64,000 nucleotides of DNA. Source: Anaerohalosphaeraceae bacterium (GTDB lineage: Bacteria; Planctomycetota; Phycisphaerae; Sedimentisphaerales; Anaerohalosphaeraceae). The notes beneath the pieces are model-generated. The model did no database searches. It was not told the DNA's origin and saw nothing but the letters and a program-made list of their open reading frames with translations. Where the stretch lies: positions 576,001 through 640,000 of the forward strand of contig CAXXSL010000016.1 in assembly GCA_963675525.2 (NCBI GenBank), in the 5' to 3' direction. This document shows positions 1-10,303 of this stretch, in pieces. The translations under genes and the position numbers were made by a program. Position 1 is the stretch's first letter. Every line of letters begins with the position of its first letter.

Positions 1-438
1 CTTTTGACCACGCACCAGTGGGTTGAGGCCGTCAATGGTGCTGATACCGGTCTGGATAAATTCGTTCGGATAATCCCGTGCATAGGGATTAATCGGGTTT
101 CCGTTAATGTTCAGCCGCATCTTGGGCAATATCTCGGGACCGTTGTCTTTGGGAACGCCCGTTCCGGTAAACACGCGGCCGAGAATATCCGGCGAGACAG
201 CCAGTTCCATGGGCTTGCCCAGAAAACGAACCGTTGTGCCGGCAACGTCGATGCCTTCGGTGCCTTCGAAAACCTGCACAAGGACCTTGTCGCCTTCGAT
301 CTGCAGGATCTGGCCGTGGCGCAGGGAACCGTCGGTCAGTTCGATATCCACGATGTGGCCGTACTTGGCGTTGTCCACGCCTTCCACCATCATCAGGGGA
401 CCGGATATTTCGGAAACCGTTTTATATTCTTTCAGCAT
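1..438 (-). CDS. ntpB: V/A-type ATP synthase subunit B (5' part; runs off window start)
   Basis: Manual translation from ATG at 438: [21 protein letters not shown]...[19 protein letters not shown]...[31 protein letters not shown]; follows subunit A. Confidence 0.95.
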   Translation of the reverse strand, partial: MLKEYKTVSEISGPLMMVEGVDNAKYGHIVDIELTDGSLRHGQILQIEGDKVLVQVFEGTEGIDVAGTTVRFLGKPMELAVSPDILGRVFTGTGVPKDNGPEILPKMRLNINGNPINPYARDYPNEFIQTGISTIDGLNPLVRGQK

Positions 439-517
439 TTCATACTCCCGTTTTCGCTCTCTCGCAAAATCGTTTTAAAAATACGTATCGTGTCGCTTGC
501 GCTGGCACGCTTTTGTT

Positions 518-2296
518 TTATTCGGTTACCGCCGCGTACAGGTTTTTGACCTGCTCATCGACCTTATCGGCGATGGCGGCAACCTCTTCGACCTTTTCAT
601 TTTCAATATACTTACAGCGGGCGATATCCTCACGCACCGGTAAAGCAAAGATCTCACTGGTATCGATGCCGTTTTCAATCGCATCCAAACCGGCCTGATG
701 GAAATGCAGGATCAGTTTGATCATTGCATACTGCTTATCCAGCGGGGTAAAGGTATCGACCTTATGGAACGCGTTCTGGTGCAGGAAGTCTTCTCGGATG
801 CTCTTGGACGTTTCCAGCGTCATACGGTCCTGGGCACTGATGGATTCGGCACCGACCAGACGCACGATCTCGACCAACTGCGATTCCTGCTCCAGCAGGA
901 TCATCGCCTGCTGCATCATCGCGGCAAATTCGTCGCCCGTCTGTTTGTCTTCGAAGCAGCCGGGAAGATGTTGTTTGTAGAACGAGTAACTGGTCAGCCA
1001 GTCGATGGCCGGGAAGTGACGCTGTTGGGCCAGTCTGGCCTGTAATGACCAGAACACCTTCACCACGTGCAACGTTGCCTGGACAACCGTATCGGACAGG
1101 TCGCCGCCGGGCGGACTGACGGCACCGATGATCGAAAGCGCTCCTTCGCGTTCGGGAGAACCGGCACAAACAACACGGCCGGCACGTTCATAGAACGATG
1201 CGATGCGGGCACCCAGATATGCAGGGTAGCCTTCTTCGGCCGGCATTTCTTCCAGACGGGTTGAAATTTCACGCATGGCTTCGGCCCATCGGCTGGTACT
1301 GTCGGCCATCAACGCCACCGAGCAGCCCATATCGCGATAGTATTCGGCAATCGTAATACCCGTATAAACAGACGCCTCACGCGCGGCCACCGGCATATCG
1401 GAGGTATTGGCGATCAGCACGACGCGTTTCATCAGCGGTTCGCCGGAATGCGGGTCGATCAGTTCGGGGAATTCCATCAGTACGTCAGTCATTTCGTTGC
1501 CTCGTTCGCCACAGCCGACATAGACCACCACATCGGCATCCACCCACTTGGCCAACTGGTGCTGAACGACGGTTTTTCCGGTGCCGAACGGGCCGGGAAC
1601 ACAGGCGGTTCCGCCGCGGGCAATCGGGAAGAAGGCATCGACCACGCGCTGACCGGTTACCAGTATCTGATTCGGATTCAACCGCTCTTTGCCCAGACGC
1701 GGACGGCGCACCGGCCATTTTTGCATCAGTTTGATCTCTGTTTTTTGACCATCGGCAGTTGTTATGGTACCGACAACCTCATCGACCGTATAGTCGGCCT
1801 CTTTGAGGCCGTCAACTTTGCCGGCCGCTCCAAACGGAACCATGATCTTGTGGTTCACCAGCGAGGATTCTTTAACCTCACCGAGGATATCGCCCGCAAC
1901 CACCTCGCTGCCGTTTTCAATCACGGGCTTGAAGTGCCACTTCGTGTCGCGTTTGAGGCCGGGGATGGCGCTGCCGCGTTTAATGTAACTGCCCTGTGCC
2001 TCGACCAACTGGTCCAGCGGACGCTGAATGCCGTCGTAAATACTGGAGATTAAGCCCGGGCCTAATTCCACACTCAACGGTGCGCCGGTGTTGACGACTT
2101 CTTCACCCGGACCGATGCCGACCGTATCCTCATAGACCTGGATACTGGCCTTTTCGCCGTGCAATTCCACAATTTCGCCGATCAGGTTTTCTGCACCAAC
2201 ACGAACCACATCGTACATGCGGGCGCCGATCATGCCATCGGCCACAACCACCGGACCTGCCACTTTAATGATTTTTCCGTTTTTCAATTCTGTCAT
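518..2296 (-). CDS. ntpA: V/A-type ATP synthase subunit A
   Basis: Walker A GPFGTGKT, GCGERGNEM, ADSTSRWAEA motifs; likely start MTELKNG at 2296 (ORF track 2356). Confidence 0.97.
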   Translation of the reverse strand: MTELKNGKIIKVAGPVVVADGMIGARMYDVVRVGAENLIGEIVELHGEKASIQVYEDTVGIGPGEEVVNTGAPLSVELGPGLISSIYDGIQRPLDQLVEAQGSYIKRGSAIPGLKRDTKWHFKPVIENGSEVVAGDILGEVKESSLVNHKIMVPFGAAGKVDGLKEADYTVDEVVGTITTADGQKTEIKLMQKWPVRRPRLGKERLNPNQILVTGQRVVDAFFPIARGGTACVPGPFGTGKTVVQHQLAKWVDADVVVYVGCGERGNEMTDVLMEFPELIDPHSGEPLMKRVVLIANTSDMPVAAREASVYTGITIAEYYRDMGCSVALMADSTSRWAEAMREISTRLEEMPAEEGYPAYLGARIASFYERAGRVVCAGSPEREGALSIIGAVSPPGGDLSDTVVQATLHVVKVFWSLQARLAQQRHFPAIDWLTSYSFYKQHLPGCFEDKQTGDEFAAMMQQAMILLEQESQLVEIVRLVGAESISAQDRMTLETSKSIREDFLHQNAFHKVDTFTPLDKQYAMIKLILHFHQAGLDAIENGIDTSEIFALPVREDIARCKYIENEKVEEVAAIADKVDEQVKNLYAAVTE

Positions 2297-2336
2297 CGCA
2301 AAACCTTTTATTTTTAAATTACTTGTTTTACGTTTA

Positions 2337-2657
2337 TTAATTCGCCAATACGTCAATCCCGGTCGCCAGCCGCAACATGCGGCTCAACGATTCGGTCGCC
2401 ACACCGGAGGGTTCTGTCGTAAACGGCACCACCACCACACACGGGGTCGCGTTTTTTTCAGTTGTATCAAATACTATCCGCGCCGAACGGGCAATATTTT
2501 CTGCCACGACAACCAGCGCATATTTCTGTTTTAAAATGGAGGCGGCTTTTTCCTGAACCTGTGCCGCATCGGGCTCGGTCGAGAACGTATCCAGCCCCAA
2601 CGCCGAAAAAGGCATCACGAAATCGGCACTGCCTAAAACCGCCACTTTACCTTCCAT
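2337..2657 (-). CDS. V/A-type ATP synthase subunit F
   Basis: 106 aa, KVAVLGSADFV...F..LG N-terminus, ATGIDV C-terminus; operon position. Confidence 0.9.
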   Translation of the reverse strand: MEGKVAVLGSADFVMPFSALGLDTFSTEPDAAQVQEKAASILKQKYALVVVAENIARSARIVFDTTEKNATPCVVVVPFTTEPSGVATESLSRMLRLATGIDVLAN

Positions 2658-2717
2658 TTCTTGTCCTTATTTTACATTAAATATTTTACATTCACATCTG
2701 GGCATCGCCCGTTTATG

Positions 2718-3752
2718 CTACATCCATTCGGCAAGACGGTCTAGTATAAGCTTGGCCCCCAGACCGTTCTTTTTGCCGTTTAAAACCATTCGAACATTGC
2801 GGATCTCAGCTTCTTTCATTAAAAAGTATGCCACCACCGGCTGCGGGCCGGCCGCAATGCTGCGGGTCGTCTTTAAAAAACCCTTGACGAAATCTTCGCA
2901 TTCCTTTTCCAGTTTTAAAAATGATTGCTCATTGCGAAGATACGGGATGGCCGCTTCCATCAGTTCGAAATACGGCGTCGCGTAAAATAACTGGCTGATC
3001 GCTTCATAACCGGCTTCCAATCCCTGCAGAAATTTACTGATATCCACAAAACCGTCGGGCAAAAAGAAACCGGTTTCCTCTTCGCGTCCAGCCATCTTCA
3101 ACCGGAACATCGTACGAATATTCGCCAGATCGATCCGGACTCGAACCAGCGACAAAATAAACGTCAGCTTATGCTGGGCGGCCTGCCTGACCCGCCATGC
3201 GGCCTCCTGGCGGTCGATCTGGTAATCAATCTGGCGGATGTCCTTGTGTTCATAGTAGCCCAGCACCGCCGCTTCGACCGCATCCTGCAGGTAATCCGGA
3301 AAACGCTCATAGTTTTCCTGTTCGAATATTTCTTCAAACTCGTCAGCGGGGACATTGCCCTCGTTGCTGTAATCCAATCCCAGCGGCTTTTCGGTAACCA
3401 TTCGCCGAATCGCCAATCGCATATTGGTGAAATCCTCACGGGCCCGCAGGAATTCCGCAATCTCGGTATCCAGCATCAGTTCGGTAAACAGTTGCCGTAC
3501 CCGGGTTCGGCATTCGGCCAGCATCCGTTCGATGTCAGCCGAGTCAGCTTTAGCGTCCACCGTGTAATCCGTACCGGCCAGCAGATCGGCTGCTTCGGCG
3601 AATGATCCGGCATTGGCCATGTCCACCAAGGTACCGCGCGGGATCATCGACAGTTCCAGCACCCGCACCTTGGCCGTCTGATAGGCATAGGCCCAATCCT
3701 CGTCGCCAATCGGTGGATACCGGTAAAAACTAATTTCGTTTTGCATGACCAT
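2718..3752 (-). CDS. ntpC: V/A-type ATP synthase subunit C (d)
   Basis: IDLANIRTMFR and YFLMKEAEIRNVRMVL motifs; start probably 3752 or 3746. Confidence 0.9.
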   Translation of the reverse strand: MVMQNEISFYRYPPIGDEDWAYAYQTAKVRVLELSMIPRGTLVDMANAGSFAEAADLLAGTDYTVDAKADSADIERMLAECRTRVRQLFTELMLDTEIAEFLRAREDFTNMRLAIRRMVTEKPLGLDYSNEGNVPADEFEEIFEQENYERFPDYLQDAVEAAVLGYYEHKDIRQIDYQIDRQEAAWRVRQAAQHKLTFILSLVRVRIDLANIRTMFRLKMAGREEETGFFLPDGFVDISKFLQGLEAGYEAISQLFYATPYFELMEAAIPYLRNEQSFLKLEKECEDFVKGFLKTTRSIAAGPQPVVAYFLMKEAEIRNVRMVLNGKKNGLGAKLILDRLAEWM

Positions 3753-3786
3753 TGTCAATGTCGTTTCCTGTATACTATAACCACCG

Positions 3787-3865
3787 TTTACCATGAAGCA
3801 CTTGAAGGACATGAAGTTTTTTATATTTATTTTTCCTTCATGCTCTTCGTGATCTTCATGGTAAA
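3787..3865. repeat. Intergenic inverted repeat built from 9-nt units
   Basis: TTTACCATGAAG-CACTTGAAG-GACATGAAG, AT-rich spacer, then CTTCATGCT-CTTCGTGAT-CTTCATGGTAAA. Confidence 0.8.
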
Positions 3866-3872
3866 AATTCCA

Positions 3873-4460
3873 TTAAAATAATTCGTTTGCCAGTTCGACC
3901 TGCATGGATTCACGAAGCCTCTCGATCAGAACATCGGTGGAGGCATTGATCCGGACTTTGCCTCGGGACAGGATAAAACCGCCCGCAATATCGGCACGTT
4001 GACCGGCCAGACGCAGGTTGCCCTTGAAACCGGCACCCAATTCCCGATTGATGCTCTTGATAAACGCCTCGTTGATGCGCGTTTCGTTTTTGCCGATTAT
4101 GACTTCCTCGTCGCCGGTTTCGACCGCCTTCTTCATCATCACTGTCATGAGCTTGAGATACTGCTCATCGGACAATTGATTAACGGCCTTCTTGGCCCGG
4201 TCAAAGACCTCATTGAGGTTTGCGACCTTGGCCGAGAGGACTTTTTTGGCATTGCTCATGCGGGCGCCCGCCAGCATTCGCTGAAGCTTGTCTTCGGCGG
4301 CATCTTTGGCCATCGTTTCCGTTTTCTTATCAAACTCTGCAAGCTCGGTTTCGAGTTGAGCGGTCTGTGCGGCGGCTTTCTCTTTTGCCTCGCTCACAAT
4401 CGCCTCGGCCTCGGCCTTCGCCTGGGAGAGTATCTTTTCGACTACCTGTTCAGCATTCAT
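3873..4460 (-). CDS. ntpE: V/A-type ATP synthase subunit E
   Basis: N-terminal coiled coil, C-terminal IAGGFIL..G.V.INAS; operon position. Confidence 0.92.
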   Translation of the reverse strand: MNAEQVVEKILSQAKAEAEAIVSEAKEKAAAQTAQLETELAEFDKKTETMAKDAAEDKLQRMLAGARMSNAKKVLSAKVANLNEVFDRAKKAVNQLSDEQYLKLMTVMMKKAVETGDEEVIIGKNETRINEAFIKSINRELGAGFKGNLRLAGQRADIAGGFILSRGKVRINASTDVLIERLRESMQVELANELF

Positions 4461-4502
4461 TGGTCATATCCAATTAAAAGGGACAGCTTTCGGTCATTCG
4501 CA

Positions 4503-5030
<528 letters not shown>

Positions 5031-5047
5031 TTATTGAACAGTTTATG

Positions 5048-7051
5048 TTACGACTCTTTTTTCTTCACATCGATATAACGATAGCTTTGTTTGAGCGGGT
5101 CGAACTGCTTTCCGCCGCCGGTCATAAACTTGGTAAAAAATTCCACAAACTGCAGCCGCATACTATGCACAAACGAACCCAGTGCTGAGTTAGCAATGTT
5201 GAAGAGGTGGCCGCCGACAAAGATAATCGCGCCCCCTATCCAGCCGGCAACACCTCCGGCCATCAATGTACGAACGATCTCATTGATCGCCATGCCGAAA
5301 CCGGCGGTGACCATCCCTAACGCCATCAGGCGAATATAACTGAGAACATCGCCGACATAAAACACGGTGCTGAAGACATTGTAAATTCCCATACCGATCC
5401 GGGCACCCCAATTGCCTTCACGTTCACTGAACAAAATGATCATCAATGCCGGTATGATCGCGATCACGCCCGCAACCGTCCCAAGCCATGCCATGTTCTT
5501 TCCAAACATGCCGGCTTTGGCCAGTCCGAAGACCGCCAAGCTGTTAAGCCAGATAAACCAACTGAGGTGGTCGAAAATCGCATCTTTGACATCACCGCGT
5601 CGCAACTTATGCATAAAACCGATAAACACACCTGTAATAATCTGTAAATACCCCAGCCCCAACGAAATATTGAAAAAATACATCGGCTTTTCAAGCGGAT
5701 CGAACCACATCAGACGTAAGCGGATTTTTTCAAAGACCGTATCGGCAACATCCGGCGTACCGCCGTTGAAGAAACCAAACTTCTGAATCATATCGCCGCA
5801 CCAGCCGCCGGTTAATGCCCCGGCAATGACGGTCGTGATCGAACAGAAAATCAACATCATCACGAATTTTTTATCGCCCTTGATCTTCCGCAGCAGCCAC
5901 CACAGAAATGCGATCATGATCAACCCATAAGCCGCATCCGTCAGACAGATACCGAAAAATATGGCAAAAAACGGCGCCAGAAACGCTGTGGGATCGATAT
6001 CGGATGCCGCAGGCATTCCATACAACCGTGTCACCGTTTCAAACGGCTGACTCATCGGGCCGTTGTCGATCTCGACGGGAACCTCTTCATCCTGACCGGC
6101 TTCAATCGGGACGATGTCGCAGGCTTGGAACGTTGCGACGAGTTTTTCGAGTTTATTGTACTCTCTCTTTTTGACCCAGCCTTCGAGGAAAATGGCGTGG
6201 TCGGTCGCCGGAGCGGTTGATTCGGTATGAATCCGGCCGTGCAGATTTTCATGATGGTCGGACAGAATCTGTAATTTCAGCCGGTCTTTCGCCAGTTGGG
6301 CGGCTTTTTCGGCCAATTCGGCTTGTTCTTTTTGAATCTCGTCCTGACGGGAATTAACCCGGGCGATATTATCGCTGACCAGACCACTGATCCCCTCAAA
6401 TGAGGTGGCTTCGAACTCGACGGAGCGCAAGGCTTTTTGTACATCGGACGCCGATTCATCCAGACAAACCCCCAGGCAGGCCTTCATCCGATTCCAGTCG
6501 GTAATAACTTCCAATGCGGCGCCCAGTTCGGCAAGTTTTTGCTGTGCCTCGGCGAAATGCTGGTCGCCGATCAGGCCGACAAAGGTTCTCGAGGTGTATA
6601 AACTATTTAATTCCTCAACCGGAACCGATAATGTTTTCCACGGCATCAGCTTTTCCAAGAGGTTTTTGCTGCTTTCGACTTCGGCAGCCAGTTTTTCCAT
6701 TTGACCGCTGACGGATTCAACCTCATCCAAAAGCCGCAAACTGTCGGGCGCGGCGGTCACGTTCGAATACATCTTATGATCCACTTCAACAAGCGGAGCG
6801 AAGAGGCTTGTTTGACCCTTTGGTGCGTAGGGTTTCAGAAAATCAATCGCTTTGGCAAGCCGATCAATGGATTCTTCCAGTTCTCGATGACGACGGGTTT
6901 CAACCATTAACTCGGGCCATTCGATGGTCACCAACGCACGCTCAGCATCCAGTATCTGTACAATACCGGCATCCTGCAGCGACTGGAGCAAGTCCGATAC
7001 CTGGCTGCGGTGTACCACGATCATCACTTTTTGCATTGAGGCAACTGCCAT
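5048..7051 (-). CDS. ntpI: V/A-type ATP synthase subunit I (a)
   Basis: YGMP..IDPT, DVLSYIRLMALG, HSMRLQFVEFFTKF motifs. Confidence 0.96.
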   Translation of the reverse strand: MAVASMQKVMIVVHRSQVSDLLQSLQDAGIVQILDAERALVTIEWPELMVETRRHRELEESIDRLAKAIDFLKPYAPKGQTSLFAPLVEVDHKMYSNVTAAPDSLRLLDEVESVSGQMEKLAAEVESSKNLLEKLMPWKTLSVPVEELNSLYTSRTFVGLIGDQHFAEAQQKLAELGAALEVITDWNRMKACLGVCLDESASDVQKALRSVEFEATSFEGISGLVSDNIARVNSRQDEIQKEQAELAEKAAQLAKDRLKLQILSDHHENLHGRIHTESTAPATDHAIFLEGWVKKREYNKLEKLVATFQACDIVPIEAGQDEEVPVEIDNGPMSQPFETVTRLYGMPAASDIDPTAFLAPFFAIFFGICLTDAAYGLIMIAFLWWLLRKIKGDKKFVMMLIFCSITTVIAGALTGGWCGDMIQKFGFFNGGTPDVADTVFEKIRLRLMWFDPLEKPMYFFNISLGLGYLQIITGVFIGFMHKLRRGDVKDAIFDHLSWFIWLNSLAVFGLAKAGMFGKNMAWLGTVAGVIAIIPALMIILFSEREGNWGARIGMGIYNVFSTVFYVGDVLSYIRLMALGMVTAGFGMAINEIVRTLMAGGVAGWIGGAIIFVGGHLFNIANSALGSFVHSMRLQFVEFFTKFMTGGGKQFDPLKQSYRYIDVKKKES

Positions 7052-7168
7052 TGGTGCTTCCTGCACTAATTATTTTTGTTTTTTCAGTCCCGGTTAAGGA
7101 CGGTCTCTAAGCGTTTTTGTTTTCTTCATGCGGGAGATTTCTCGGAATTTCCAAACAAGCCGGCTTTA

Positions 7169-7480
7169 TTATAAGGCTTGTTGCAAATGCGAAACAACTT
7201 TGTCTACACAAACCTTAATTTTTGCCGAACAGGCATCTTTCAAAGCGGCGACCTCCTGATCTCCCTGCCCGGACAACTGCTGTACTTGCTCAGTTCCGTT
7301 CTTTTCTGCCTCGGCAAGGGCTTGATCTATGGTCTGCTGGCGGTGCTGTTGAGCCTGTTTGAGCATCTGGGCCCGCTGGGCCTTGGCATCATCCAATAAT
7401 GCTCCCGCGTCCTTTCTGGCTATTTCCACAATTTCCCTGGCTTGTTTTTCAGCGTCTTTAATCTGTTTGATCAATTCCAT
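7169..7480 (-). CDS. V/A-type ATP synthase subunit G/H
   Basis: 103 aa coiled coil MELIKQIKDAEKQA; first gene of the operon. Confidence 0.8.
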   Translation of the reverse strand: MELIKQIKDAEKQAREIVEIARKDAGALLDDAKAQRAQMLKQAQQHRQQTIDQALAEAEKNGTEQVQQLSGQGDQEVAALKDACSAKIKVCVDKVVSHLQQAL

Positions 7481-7654
7481 AAAAATCCCACATTAACTTA
7501 TTACATTGTCAAATCAAATTTCCAATTCAAGAATTTTTAGGTCGCTTTATTTTTTGTTCTAAAAAGTGCGTGTAACACAAAAAGCATCCAATGTCCATAA
7601 AAATAACCAAAAAATAACCTTAAAAATACCTAGTAAAACGTTGATTTTTGCACT

Positions 7655-8344
7655 TTAAGCCTGTTTTTCAACTAAGCCTTTTTCTTCCATCGCTTTGACG
7701 ATCATCTCGGCTATGACTTCATTTGAAAACATTGCATTGTCGAAGGCAAGATTAAACGCCGGTTCTCTCGAATTTTGCTGTTCATATATCTTTCGTAAAT
7801 GTTCCCGGCTACTTTCAATTTCCGCTATTTTGGCGATAGCCGCTTGTTTATCGAGGTTGTCTCTCCGGCAAATACGGGCAATGCGCCAATCCCGGGGAGC
7901 TTCCACCCGGACGCTGAGGCCGTTAGCCAGATCTGCGGTGGCCGCTGTTCCGCCCTGCCCAATAATAATGGCATAGCCCTCAAAGGCAACCGTCCGGACC
8001 ATCATGGTAATTTTGTTGCGAATTTCATAGCCGTCGGGAATTCCATTTTTCTTCAATCCACGCAGAAAGTCCTTTAATAGACTGGGCTTAGACTTCCTTT
8101 CCTTTTCCAGCATCTCTTCGGTCAGACCGGTATCCTCGGCCAACTGCTTCAGCAGTTCCTTATAATAAACCTTCCATCGCCCCTCTTCGTCACGCTGATT
8201 GAGTTTGTCAGCCAGAATCTGGCCCAGCCCGTAACCATCACATCCCCATTGTCGTGAAATCGTAATATACGGCCCCGGCTCTTTTTTGGTATCAATATCG
8301 TCGAGATGGTCGCGTAAATAAGATGAAATCGTCGGTTTGCTCAT
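7655..8344 (-). CDS. Cytidylate kinase-like family protein
   Basis: ITISRQWGCDG, IIIGQGG, SVRVEAP..RI motifs. Confidence 0.8.
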   Translation of the reverse strand: MSKPTISSYLRDHLDDIDTKKEPGPYITISRQWGCDGYGLGQILADKLNQRDEEGRWKVYYKELLKQLAEDTGLTEEMLEKERKSKPSLLKDFLRGLKKNGIPDGYEIRNKITMMVRTVAFEGYAIIIGQGGTAATADLANGLSVRVEAPRDWRIARICRRDNLDKQAAIAKIAEIESSREHLRKIYEQQNSREPAFNLAFDNAMFSNEVIAEMIVKAMEEKGLVEKQA

Positions 8345-8588
8345 CGCTTCATCCTTAAAAATGTGTGCATCATGCATCTAACATAAATGCCCATTGGCAT
8401 ATATCGGATTACAGAGTACAAAACCCGGCAGAATCTGTCAATAAAATGTTGGATAAAATCACCCCGCTTATTTGTCGAGCTAAAGACCATTCTACGATTA
8501 AGTTCACTTCCTGCCAACAAACCTATTTGCCAGAACGGTACTTTTACCTTAGAATGCTGTCAGACGGAATTCGAGTACAGATATATCC

Positions 8589-9653
8589 ATGACAAACGAC
8601 TATAAAAACATATTAATCATCAAGCCATCGTCAATGGGCGACATCGTCCACGCCATGCCTGTCCTGGCGTCACTGCGGGCATCCTTTCCGGATGCCCGGA
8701 TCAGCTGGCTGGTTCGTAAAGAGTTCTCTCCTTTGTTGGAATGTGTTTCAGGGCTGGATGAGATTGTGCTTTTCGACCGAGGACTATTGGGGAAGTGGTA
8801 TTGCAGCCCGGCCGCTTTCAAAGCCTTGCGAAATTTTATGCGGAGGCTTAAAAATAGCCGTTATGATTTAGTACTGGACCTGCAGGGATTGTTCCGAACG
8901 TCCTTTTTTGGCTTGATGACGGGCTGCGCAAAACGAATCGGCATGGCGGACTGCCGGGAGTTTGCCGGCCTGTTTTATGCACACCGGGTTCGCCGACCGG
9001 AAGACTCGATGCATCTTCTGGATTACTACCGTGCCCTGTTGGCAACAGCGGGGATCGATTCCGCTGTGGCCACGGAGTCATTCATGAACGCCCCGGAAGA
9101 AGCCAAGGCGTCTGTCCGTCGGAAACTGGAGCAAGCGGGCATCCCGAATAAAGACCACTTTGTCCTTGTCCCCAGCTCGGCCCATTCCAGCAAATGCTGG
9201 CCGGCGGACCGTTTTGTGAAACTGGCCGAAGCGGTCCATCAAGAGTTTGGGTTCGCTATCGTTGTCATCGGAACAAAAAAGGATCGGTCAGTCATCGATG
9301 CCATTAAGACACATTGTGCGGTTCCCGTTATTGATCTTGCGGACAAGACGACCATCTTTGAATTGATCGCTCTGCTGCAAACCGCCAAGGGCGTTGTCTC
9401 CAATGATACCGGGCCGGGGCATATTGCCGCGGCAATGCACGTTCCAACCGTTTTGATCTTCGGTCATACCAACCCGATGCGCGTAGGTCCCTACCGGCGC
9501 CCGGAATGCGTCGCTGCAGTCGAACCGGACAAGCGGCCCGCAACCATTGAAAGTTCCGACCCTAGACACCTCATCGAAAACGTCCCGCTGGAGCTTGTAT
9601 TGAATAAAATAAATGCTCAATTGAAATTACCATCGTTAAACAACAGCAAGTGA
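8589..9653 (+). CDS. LPS heptosyltransferase (GT9)
   Basis: ILIIKPSSMGDIVH, DLVLDLQGLFR, VSNDTGPGHIAAA. Confidence 0.93.
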   Translation: MTNDYKNILIIKPSSMGDIVHAMPVLASLRASFPDARISWLVRKEFSPLLECVSGLDEIVLFDRGLLGKWYCSPAAFKALRNFMRRLKNSRYDLVLDLQGLFRTSFFGLMTGCAKRIGMADCREFAGLFYAHRVRRPEDSMHLLDYYRALLATAGIDSAVATESFMNAPEEAKASVRRKLEQAGIPNKDHFVLVPSSAHSSKCWPADRFVKLAEAVHQEFGFAIVVIGTKKDRSVIDAIKTHCAVPVIDLADKTTIFELIALLQTAKGVVSNDTGPGHIAAAMHVPTVLIFGHTNPMRVGPYRRPECVAAVEPDKRPATIESSDPRHLIENVPLELVLNKINAQLKLPSLNNSK

Positions 9654-9657
9654 TCGA

Positions 9658-10218
9658 ATGATGACGACACGACTTCAACTGCTTATTCGATTTCGGCCCG
9701 TGCTGCGGTTTATTAAAACCCGTATCCTGCACACCGACGATTCCCCGGATCGCATCGCCCGGGGCATTGCGGTCGGATTGTTTACAGCGTACCTGCCGCT
9801 GTTCGGATTACACATTTTCCTGGCGCTGTTTTTTGCCGCAATCCTGCGTGCCAATAAAATAATGGCAATCTTATTCGTCTGGGTCAGCAATCCTTTGACG
9901 GCCGCCTTCATCTATTACCCTTGTTATAAAGTCGGACGGCTTTTTCTGGGCTTTTTTAAATACGAACACGAGATCAGCCCTGACCAGTTGACCGCAATGC
10001 TGAACATTTTTTCGATCCATGTCATTGTCACACAATTTTTCACGGCCGAGTATTGGAGACAAGTCGCCTCCGTCTTTGCGGTGATCGGACTGGAAACGTT
10101 CGTGGGAGGGGTACTGATCGGCCTTGTGGTCGCAAAAATCAGCTATTGGACAGCGTTAACCGTGATTAATCGCTATCGAAAGCGAAAGTCGAACAGGCGC
10201 TGCCAATTGGAAGGTTAA
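9658..10218 (+). CDS. DUF2062 family membrane protein
   Basis: DSPDRIARGIAVGLF and WVSNPLT motifs. Confidence 0.85.
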   Translation: MMTTRLQLLIRFRPVLRFIKTRILHTDDSPDRIARGIAVGLFTAYLPLFGLHIFLALFFAAILRANKIMAILFVWVSNPLTAAFIYYPCYKVGRLFLGFFKYEHEISPDQLTAMLNIFSIHVIVTQFFTAEYWRQVASVFAVIGLETFVGGVLIGLVVAKISYWTALTVINRYRKRKSNRRCQLEG

Positions 10219-10230
10219 TCGGTTTCCGTC

Positions 10231-10258
10231 TTGACTGTGCCGGCAAAGATTTTATGAT
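10231..10258 (+). promoter_or_regulatory. Sigma-70-like promoter
   Basis: TTGACT-N16-TATGAT upstream of the ORF at 10304. Confidence 0.55.
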
Positions 10259-10303
10259 AACAATGAGAACAATAGAAAAGAGTTTGATTCAAGACAGGGC
10301 AAA

